Of a stretch of 14,326 nt of DNA, positions 1 through 9,100 are shown piece after piece (within the stretch, counting starts at the first letter, position 1; each line of letters starts with the position of its first letter). The notes beneath the pieces were generated by a model, which was not told where the DNA came from, searched no databases, and saw nothing but the letters and a program-made list of their open reading frames with translations. The stretch comes from an uncultured archaeon (GTDB lineage: Archaea > Thermoplasmatota > Penumbrarchaeia > JASLWR01), in NCBI GenBank assembly GCA_964342815.1, contig CAYFHS010000051.1:1-14326 (forward strand). The letters run 5' to 3'. A program made the translations under genes and the position numbers.

Positions 1-26
1 ATGAGAGGAGCGAGGCAAGAGCTAGG

Positions 27-518
27 ATGCTGAGGGAAGGGCAACTGGAGCTAAAGGGATTAACTGAAGAGATGGCAAGAGATATGAAAAGGCATTTCAA
101 CGAACTGATGAAAGAACTACCATATCCGTCAAGTATGTTAAAGAAACGCTCTACACTAATAATGGAATACCGATGCGAATCTAACGGAGAACTAATCGGG
201 ACCATCAAGGACCAGAAGTGGAAGAGGTGGCTTCACATGGGAATAGCCGGTGCAATGCTGGGTGCATCTGTTGCTACCTTCCAGGCTGAAATCGGAATAA
301 AAGGACTCAAGAAACTTTACAAGAATTTCACCGGTAAATCAAATGAAGATATTCCGACAGAAAAGTTATTCCTTACATCTGAAGAAAAGGACAGTATGGT
401 GACAAAGCTGCGGGAGAACGGCATTTTGGGAAAACTGCATTATTGTGCGGAATGCGGTAAATGGATATGCGAGGAATGTTATGATTTCGATTCAAAGCAG
501 TGTTATGAGCATGATTGA
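27..518 (+). CDS. Hypothetical protein with a C-terminal Cys/His cluster (putative zinc finger); may extend off the left edge
   Basis: 163-aa ORF ending in CAEC-x4-CEEC-x7-C-x2-H, with a central Gly/Ala-rich hydrophobic segment (MGIAGAMLGASVATF). The frame is open from position 3, so the true start could lie upstream; a GAGG at 12-15 makes ATG27 plausible. Confidence 0.7.
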   Translation: MLREGQLELKGLTEEMARDMKRHFNELMKELPYPSSMLKKRSTLIMEYRCESNGELIGTIKDQKWKRWLHMGIAGAMLGASVATFQAEIGIKGLKKLYKNFTGKSNEDIPTEKLFLTSEEKDSMVTKLRENGILGKLHYCAECGKWICEECYDFDSKQCYEHD

Positions 519-653
519 AATATAATCTACAATAAAATCATGAGTGAGTAATGAAAATGCAACCGGCTGTGAATAATATGTGTGAATATAATATGAATTT
601 GGCTAGTGGGGTGGAGAACATTTATCGATAATGTAAAAAGCTTTCCGCTCGTA

Positions 654-1205
654 TCAAACCCGCCACACGATAAGCCTGAATGTAGCATCATTCACAAGTC
701 CGTTGAAGCCGCCAAAATTTCCATCTGCAGCGGTGAAGGTTTCAGGTTGGTACGTTGAAGCGATCCTGCTGTCTCGCAGATCGAATATACGGCTGCCGTT
801 ATGTATTACCTCGAAAATATAGTAATATTTGTCATCATTGGTCTTTTTCAACAGATCGTTCACATGTTCCTCGATACCGTTTTCGAGGCTTTTTTTATCT
901 GCTGTTCCCATTTCTCTGGCCAATAGATCGAAAAGGAGGAGATACGGCACTGTTCGGTTATAAAGTTCGATAATCTCACTGTTACTATCCATGTAATCAA
1001 CGTTGTAGATAGTGCACTGGACCACTGTTGAGAACGCGTCTTCAGTATATCGTATCTGGGCTTCATCGTCACGCATTTCCTCCATTCCCGAAGGTTTTTG
1101 AACCGCCACGATAAGTACCGTGGAGGCTATGCCCAGTATCATGAAGAACAGCAGGGCATCGAAGAAAGATGCCTGAGCCCCTCTATGATCCTTGATATTC
1201 GTCAT
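654..1205 (-). CDS. Pilin-like membrane-anchored protein (class III signal-peptide-like N-terminus)
   Basis: Start moved to ATG at 1205, preceded by SD-like GGAAGTGA overlapping the upstream stop. N-terminus MTNIKDHRGA|QASFFDALLFFMILGIASTVLIVAV is a short basic leader plus one hydrophobic helix, followed by a soluble domain. CDS is solid; the pilin call is inference. Confidence 0.6.
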   Translation of the reverse strand: MTNIKDHRGAQASFFDALLFFMILGIASTVLIVAVQKPSGMEEMRDDEAQIRYTEDAFSTVVQCTIYNVDYMDSNSEIIELYNRTVPYLLLFDLLAREMGTADKKSLENGIEEHVNDLLKKTNDDKYYYIFEVIHNGSRIFDLRDSRIASTYQPETFTAADGNFGGFNGLVNDATFRLIVWRV

Positions 1206-1212
1206 ACTCGTA

Positions 1213-1725
1213 TCACTTCCATAAGGTGATCCTGAGGAACGCACCATGCAAGCAGGTCTGTCGATGATGGGGTTCAATAGAAGTATAGATATTCACCGGG
1301 TAAATGATCCGAAGACGGAACTCCACATTCTCATGGACTCCCGGAACCTTCGATGTGTTGAATGTATAATTCTCCCTGTCGGGATAGTCGCTTACGTCCT
1401 CGACGTATATCTCGTACTCGAATTCCGTAAAAATATCCCTTTCAAGGTCCTCAATCGTTAGATTTCTTAGCTTACCCCGATCGAATGTTCCATCCTTGTA
1501 TCCATCTTTTGTAAGTCCGGAATATGAGATGATGGCCTCCAGCAGCTTCTGACCTTCCTGGGGGTCATCCTCGAATTGAGTGACACTGTAGTTCATGAAA
1601 GCGTTGATCATGCTGGCAAAAAAAATTGTAACCCCTATGACAACTACCATCAACGCAGGTATATCTTCAAAAAAACCGGCAACAGCGTCTTTTCTTACCG
1701 ACAACGTTTTGCGCGGGATCGACAT
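1213..1725 (-). CDS. Pilin-like membrane-anchored protein (class III signal-peptide-like N-terminus)
   Basis: Start moved to ATG at 1725. MSIPRKTLSVRKDA|VAGFFEDIPALMVVVIGVTIFFASMINAF is a basic leader plus hydrophobic helix with an early acidic residue. Stop lies 7 bp before the next gene, implying an operon. Confidence 0.6.
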   Translation of the reverse strand: MSIPRKTLSVRKDAVAGFFEDIPALMVVVIGVTIFFASMINAFMNYSVTQFEDDPQEGQKLLEAIISYSGLTKDGYKDGTFDRGKLRNLTIEDLERDIFTEFEYEIYVEDVSDYPDRENYTFNTSKVPGVHENVEFRLRIIYPVNIYTSIEPHHRQTCLHGAFLRITLWK

Positions 1726-1784
1726 CGGTATTAGGAATACTAACTCATGATAAATAACTATCGGCAAAAGATATCCGCCGCCCC

Positions 1785-2330
1785 TCAATATGATATTTCC
1801 CTAGCAACGATGTGGGTCATTGTGCTGGTGATACCCTCGATAATGTGGATCGTGTTCGATATAAATGAATATAGGGAAGGAACATCTGTGGATTCTATGC
1901 GGATTATTACGTCGTATTCTCCGGTTGTACACGCCACCCGGGTCACGGCTGAGGCTTCGCTGGTGGCTTTTGAAAGAGAGGTTAGCACTTCATTTATCTT
2001 CCCAACCTCCACTGTCATCAATATATAACATTTCAGGGAATCCGTGCTCTCCTTCACGATTTTTTCAAGAGGAGGTTCGTGAGTCACCACCTCAGTTATG
2101 GTGGAAGTTATCCCGTGGACACCTTGAAGGTCCCTGACGATGAAATTATGCAGATCAACCATCTTCTCAGCTTCGATCATGGTAAAAACATCGAACTTCC
2201 CGGTAGTGGAATCAGCATAAATCGTGTTTACCGTTGGGTTTCGATTAACGACCTTTTTTAAATCTTCGATTACACTGTCAATCATACCGGTTTTCACGTT
2301 GATTAGGATAAATGCGGCGATCATGCCCAT
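1785..2330 (-). CDS. Stand-alone Lrp/AsnC ligand-binding (RAM) domain protein with two tandem domains and no HTH
   Basis: Two ~80-aa repeats: AFILINVKTG...TTGKFDV...VHGITSTIT and CYILMTVEVG...TTGEYDV...IEGITSTMT. SD AAGGAGG lies 8 nt upstream of ATG2330; the longer ORF's extra N-terminal residues overlap the promoter. Confidence 0.85.
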   Translation of the reverse strand: MGMIAAFILINVKTGMIDSVIEDLKKVVNRNPTVNTIYADSTTGKFDVFTMIEAEKMVDLHNFIVRDLQGVHGITSTITEVVTHEPPLEKIVKESTDSLKCYILMTVEVGKINEVLTSLSKATSEASAVTRVACTTGEYDVIIRIESTDVPSLYSFISNTIHIIEGITSTMTHIVAREISY

Positions 2331-2372
2331 GAGTCCTGCCTCCTTGAGATCATTCAGCTGATAAATCAATTG

Positions 2373-2381
2373 CTTATAAAG
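2373..2381 (-). promoter_or_regulatory. Archaeal TATA box for the tandem RAM gene
   Basis: CTTTATAAG on the minus strand about 45 nt upstream of ATG2330, placing a predicted TSS just before the AAGGAGG SD. Confidence 0.6.
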
Positions 2382-2486
2382 TAATGAAATTAATAATAAC
2401 AATATATTTATATCTTCTATAACTTTTTTCACTCAGCAGGAATCCTCAAGCGTTAGTAATTTATCACATTTTTTCTATTAAGCCAA

Positions 2487-3065
2487 ATGGTGTCCAAAAT
2501 GATAGTGGTTCTGGAAGGTATTGATAACTCCGGCAAGACCTACCAGGCCAATGAACTGAAGAGAATACTGGAAAGGCAGGGAACTGAAGTAAATATCAAC
2601 AAGGAATTTTTTTCAAAGATCCGAGGGGTCATGACAAAGATGGTTAATGACGGACGAATACCATCGGTCGTACAAAAAATATTGGAGATAAAAGTTGTTG
2701 GTCATGAATCCAAAAACTGTAATTGGCCGCCAAGGGAGTTGATCATCATTGACCGATTCATCCACACGGTTCTTGCATATGCAAAGGTTAATGATTATTA
2801 TATGAACCTCTGTGAAACCCTGAAGAGATATCGGTTGTACGACCTTGCGATCTATGTGGATATTACAGCGGACGAGGCACTTGAAAGATCGAGAATCGCA
2901 AATGATAATATGGATTATTCCTGGGATTATCTAAATTCGGCCAGAATGAATTATTTAAAATTCGTAAAATCGGATGGGCTGAAACTTCTGGATGGAATGA
3001 GATCCAAAGAGGAAGTGACCGAGAGCCTAATTGCTCTTATTAAGGATCATTTCAACCACCATTAA
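2487..3065 (+). CDS. tmk: Thymidylate kinase family protein (dTMP kinase-like, divergent)
   Basis: P-loop VVLEGIDNSGKT, IIIDRF motif, AY motif and DLAIYVDI...EALER segment; 192 aa fits the TMK fold. Several substrate-site motifs deviate, so orthology to tmk is uncertain. Confidence 0.75.
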   Translation: MVSKMIVVLEGIDNSGKTYQANELKRILERQGTEVNINKEFFSKIRGVMTKMVNDGRIPSVVQKILEIKVVGHESKNCNWPPRELIIIDRFIHTVLAYAKVNDYYMNLCETLKRYRLYDLAIYVDITADEALERSRIANDNMDYSWDYLNSARMNYLKFVKSDGLKLLDGMRSKEEVTESLIALIKDHFNHH

Positions 3066-3125
3066 GGAAGAATCATTGAATCCAGAGTAATATATGTGGC
3101 TCTCTTGTCGTTAATCCAAGGAATT

Positions 3126-6100
3126 TTACGGATCAATATCCGGACCTTCACCGGTTTTCAGATCGATATTTTCCGAGGTATCAGGCCGATCATTCTTAAC
3201 AATCCTTTTACGAACGACAACTCGTTTTCTATTTTCAACCTTTTTTCGCATGGATTCACTTTCCGATGGGCCCGTTCCGGGTATGCCGCTCCCGGCCCTA
3301 TTTCTCTTCCTGTGGCGTTTCAAAATCATCAAAACAACAATTATCAGTAACAGAACCGATAGTACTATTACTGCCTGGATAACACTTCCCAAAGCTGCTT
3401 TTTCACCGACACCCTCTCCCTGCCCACCTGCTCTACCATTATCATCATCGGCATCGATATCATCGTCTTCATCGATTATGGGATCATCATCTTCATCATC
3501 TATCGGTTCGGGATCGCCATCCCCCGGACCATCGGGTAGATTCACATCCACAGGAATGTCCGGTTTTTCCGATTCTTCCACATCGTCATCCCCATCCGGC
3601 TCTCCCGTATCATTATCGTCATCATCTTCTTGCCCAACTGTGCCCTCTTCCTCTACATATTTCAAACCCCAATGAGTATTAGTGGGATTCACTTTGATAC
3701 GATGGGAATCCGACTGGACCGTGTCATCCGGCGAATACATGGGAAATACCAGAGCCGGAGGTGAGACGAACCTTCCAGGAAGCATGGGTACCACTTCATA
3801 CTCCATCTCCAGCTCATCGAGAGTGCTTATAAAGAAGGTCACATGGTCGTCGGAGATCTCAAACGAGAGGACATTGCCGTTACTGTTTTCCACAACGGTC
3901 TCGAGAGACGTTTCATCTACTTTAAAGCCTGGACAAATATAGTCTTCCACCGCCACAAATCTCAGGGTTTCATCGGACCATGCCTTGATCTTGACCGTTA
4001 TGGGGGAAAACAGTTCCACACTGGTATCGGAATAGCTCCTCTGAATGAAATAATCACTGGAGCTGACGGTTAGAGCAGACCCTTCAGCATATGTCAATAC
4101 ATTGTCATCAGCCATGAGAACCGCTGTTCCAAGGTCCCCCCGATAATCCTCCGGGCAGCTCACCTCGTAACTAAACTCCTGGTAATCCTTCGAAGTGTCC
4201 ACGGCGAATTCGACGAAGTTTTCCCCCGTAAGTTCCACATTCCCCTGTGAGAGTGAAGCGGGTAGGTGATCCCGGATCCGCACACTCCCCATTCCATCTC
4301 TCTGTTCCTCCGTTCCCTCGATTGATACCTTCAGTTTAATATTCATATCATTATTTGTCCGCATAGCGAACGCGTCAGCGCTCTTTTCAAGTTTGACCGA
4401 TATACCCGGACCACCCGACAATCCTCTCGTGTCAGTACCCCTTGTTGGCATATTTTGGACCTTCACCGTGACAGGTCCGTAGTATTTCGTTATAAGCCCG
4501 CTCTCCCTCTGACCCGCACTCAATTTATAATTTACTATTATAGGTGATATCTTCGCGGTCCCGGCCCCCGCACCGAGGAAATTAAAGCTGAATTTCCTTG
4601 ATGAATCCGAATCCGCCGGATGGTCCGATTGGGAGTTTAAATAGATCAAATTTCGCCCGGAGCTCACACGAACGTCCAGGTCAATGACCTTAACGTTCTT
4701 TGAGTTCACGGGATCCGCCGTTACTTCGAAACTTAAGGTATCTCCCCGGTACATGGATAGATTGGTATCGAAGTTCACAACCACGTCCTTCCTCAGGTAT
4801 TCCACCGTGGTAAGCTCATAGAACAGCTCGCCGGTTCCATCCTTGCTTATGCTGATATTGTTGGGTCCATCAGTATTGAGATATTCAGTTATATCCATTG
4901 CATCCATCTTATTGTAGAAATTTCGGTAAGTACGATCATTCACGTGTTCCCTGGCAATGCGTTTGCCGTTCACCGTGACCGTTATATCCATATCGATGGG
5001 TTGGGCGTTCCTCAAAACCTCCAGTACAGCGAACATGTATGCAACCGTTGCGGTGGTGGTGCCAAAATCACCGGTTGAAAGGCGCCGGGAGTTCAACCAC
5101 TCCAGCAGTTCCCTGATGAGAGCCGGATCGTCGTTTGCTTTTGCTGCAAGGTAGAGTACCCATGCAGTACATTCCGTTTGCCCTCCCAGGGCGTTGTCGC
5201 TTTCGAAATGCGAACCTATCTTCATATCGGTAAGGTCGGCCATTATCGGAGCAATCTGCTGTCCGCCCAATTCAGTATCACCGAGACCGTAGTGTGAGAG
5301 GCCGTACGGGGTAAGGTTGCCCTCCTGCATTATACGCTGCAGGGATTGCTCTGTGGGTTGCGGGGCGGGGATTCCGGATCTCGCCAGGGAAAAATAGAGA
5401 AAAGCCGTAAGAGCCACGTCGTCCATATCATCACCGGGACCCGGCATCCATGTACCGTCCTCACCTATTCTCATCATCAAAAAATCCTGGCAGTCCGCTA
5501 TGGACTGCGGGTCTACAAAAAAACCTGAATCCTTGGTGGTGGACAGCCCCAACAGCACCCACCCGCTCATCCAGAGACTGGAATCATCTCCCTTCCACCA
5601 ACCCCAGCCGCCATCCAGGTGCTGTTTTGCCAGAAGAGATTGAAGTTCGGTGTATATCTTGCGGGTGAGATATCGGTCTGTCCACCGTTCCAGATCCCCC
5701 GTTTCCTTAAGATATTCGCGGTACAGAACTGCGGGGATCATCCGGGAGGTTATCTGCTCGGTACAGTCGTACGGATATCCCGCAAGCATGGAGAAACCCA
5801 TCTTTAAGAGTCCCTGGTATCCAGGTGCCAGGCGAAGAACCGTTTTCTGTGTACCGTTGATCAATTCCTCGTGGAAATCAAAAATCTCTGTTACGGTTGG
5901 ATCAACAGCTCCCGTGGCATGGCTCACGAGAAGAGCCCCGTTGGGCTTTACGAAAACCTCTTTTCGTACTGCATCGGTACTGCCCTTGAAATCGCTGGCA
6001 ATGAATGTTAAATTATTTTTCATGGCACCGAATATTTTCATGCGGTAGAGATGTTCAGCAATGGAATTAGCAGGTATCTTCACCTTGATCTGAACCTCAC

Positions 6101-9100
6101 CGAAAACCTTTATCCAATCGTCTGCGGATACACCGAGTTCCGCTTCTATTTCGGTATCATGAAAGTTATACAGGAGAACCTTCATTTCTATTTCGTCGTC
6201 CTGGGTCATTTTATAAGGCAGTTTCGGCTCGATAAAGAAGACTTTACTTACGTTGAAAGTGGCAGTGTTCTCACCTCCCACCAATCCCTGGGTAAGCCCG
6301 GTTCCTCTTATTCTCCACTTGCCGATATTATCGGGTAGGGTTAGATCGATAATTGCTCTTCCGTCCTGCCCAGTTGTAATCCAGGGGAGCCAAAGAGCCG
6401 TATCGGTGAACCATTCCCGAACGTCGGTGTTGTCAAGCTCGGACTGAAGCGCATCGCCTAGCTCAGCATCCTTAGGTGCTTCTTCCCCCTCATATCCTCC
6501 ACCCTGGCCCTGGCCTGCTCCATTCTCTGCCATTCCATCGCCATCGGCGTCTCCAAGAGGATCCGGTTCGATCCCGTTAAGCTTAATATTCGGCCAGTAC
6601 GAAACAGTCTCTGACGGGAGCGATTCCGGGTACCATGTATCGCTGTCCCAATTCAGTATCGTACGGTAGCTCCATTCAAAGGCCCAAGGAGTGACGAGGT
6701 TATCATAAAATGTTTTCGCGGAAAAGTCCTGGAAAATCTCGAAAACCGCTGCATCGACTACGGAAATAGAGACCTGGACACCAGCAGCAGGAAATCCATC
6801 GCTCTCCAGAACGGTTACGGTCAACTTTGTACTCTCCCCGGGTTCATAGGCCGGTTTATCCATCTCGAGAATTAATTCCAAAGGACGTATTCCATAATTA
6901 ATAACGGCACTGGAGGTGATCAGACGCGCCATATCGTCTACCAGGAATACGGTCAAATCAATGTCATGATGCCAGTCCTTCGTCGTGAACGTAAACTGGG
7001 CCGCCCGCCCGTTAACATACCTGTTTTTTGTTATAACGTCCCATCCGGCCGAAACAGACAAATAGACGAAACCTGTGAACTCCTCCGATAAATCAAGCTG
7101 AACGTCGATAATATCTCCAGGGAAATATTCCAATTTCGAGGGGATTAGAGTAATCTCGAGCGGGGATTTATCCACCACTTCAACGGGATGATCTATGACG
7201 GTTTCGTGTTGACTGTTCTCGAAGCTAACCCTGATAATATACCTCCCGCTCTCAAGATGCTCCGGCAGACGCCACGTGACATTGATCAGCCCAACAGCTT
7301 TTCCGGATACGGCGAACACGGGTGAAGCGTCGTAGAATGAATAGTAATAGTTATCATAATAACCATAATATCTCTCCCGCTTGAATACGCTCAGCGTATA
7401 GTTGTAATCAGCATCTATAGTGGGGACCAATGATTCCGCTCCCAGTGTGATTGTGGCATTCGATCCGGGTGCGAAGGCTGCCGGGGCGTTTCTTACGGTA
7501 TAGATAACAGTGTGAACGAAGAACTCGTACTCCATGGACACTGGAGGTGTATTGTCGGAAGCCGTAGATACAGCAATCTTGAAGTAGTACCGTCCCTGGG
7601 CCGACAGGTTGAAAACGTCCACCCCCGCAGCCGCCAGATCGATTTGAGCAATTCCGTTCCGGTCAGTGGTCACATTGAATAACGTTTCCGCTCTTTCAGG
7701 CAGCCATCCTTCATTTTTCCCTATCATCCCGAATGACGTGACATTGATCATTAGGGTTGTGCTAATGTTAGCGATCCTTTGGACATCGATCTCATCCGTA
7801 CCTTTTTCAATTTCCCGGTAATTATATGTATTTAGGGTGAATTTTGGTTCATCCGTGGCCACAAAGGGTTCTTTCGACGGTACAATATCGATACCGGTCT
7901 TGAGGTCCGGGTCGGGAGCTTCTCCCACGTAATATGTCGTTGCGGCTTCGCATGAGTGATCATAATCATCAGAAAATACCGCCTCCAACTCGATCCGGTT
8001 AACTCCTTTGGGAATATCTAACGTGGTATTGGCCCAACCGTTCTCTACGGTTTCGTTTATCTCCAGTGTGATCAGAGGGGCCGGGTCGTTCCACCATCCA
8101 CCCCAATAATCGCCGTCACCTCCGCTATAAATTCCGTCCATATCTATTTCACCCCACCAGTACCAGGGATTGTATTCATACCGGTTCTCGTATCCCTGTA
8201 TCAGATAACTCACCTCACCCTGGTACACCGGCGCCCCGAACATGTATTCAACTTTAACCGGTATCTCCACCACGCCGGTCCTCAGTGAGATGTCTTCGTC
8301 GAAAACTATCCTCGTATCCGGGGTCTCGTAGTATCTAACACCCACATCTCTGCCCACTACATAGCTGCCGTCATGGTATACCGCAATTCGGTATGTGCCC
8401 CAGGGGGCGTCCTTTGATATGGGAAACTCGGTTTCGGCCGTACCAAATTCATCCAATACCAGATTCTCCCTTATAATATCCTTACCGTTACCATCATAGG
8501 AAAGTCGAACATCGATCGGCCCACCCAGCGGGATGGCATTATCCATATCATAGAGTGTGAATTGCGCTAAAATGGTATCCCCAGGCAGATAAACGGGTTT
8601 ATTCGTGTGAATATACCCCGAAAATTGCTCGGATCGGATCCACGCATAGGTTTCCACTTTTCCGGTCAGCGCCCCTTTGGATGCCGTTATCTCCAAACGA
8701 TAGTAATTGCCTGCAGGGGGCAAAAAGCTCAATGAAGCAAGTCCGTCCACCCCGGTTTTACCTGTAGTCATACGCCTCCGGGGAACGGAACGTCCCGACA
8801 TGTGTATTTCGATATTGGCATTTTCCACGGGAACTATCCCCGAGCCGTAAACCAGGACCGAGACATTTGCAGAATGACCTTTAACCAGTGTCGAGGGAGT
8901 ATTGATATAGAGTAAAAAATCCTTGACCTGAAAAGTTGTATGGCCGATCCAGTTATATGGGAAATTCTTAGCCCCAAGGGCCTCAACGATGGTTCTCGTT
9001 TTCGGTGAGAAAATCGCCACGGCTCTGAAATCGTGTTTGCCTTTTGCCAATTGTCCAAGGTCCACGGTCTTGTCGTAATCAGCAAACAATTCAGTACTTG

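Noticed and set aside
568-595. Small tandem duplication TGTGAATAATATG / TGTGAATATAATATG between convergent genes
   Set aside because: Two AT-rich copies only, with no promoter context; probably slippage.
755-2261. Short alternative-frame ORFs (755-973, 860-1072, 1246-1461, 1747-2028, 1865-2137, 2079-2261)
   Set aside because: They fully overlap better-supported minus-strand genes and have no motifs or RBS; these are shadow ORFs.
2331-2432. N-terminal extension of the RAM ORF as a possible HTH or TM segment
   Set aside because: It overlaps the TATA box and SD of ATG2330 and has no HTH pattern; likely untranslated.
3400-3655. (CAT/CGT)n-like periodicity resembling a microsatellite or repeat array
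   Set aside because: Explained by GAT/GAC codons of the acidic linker; no repeat-spacer structure.
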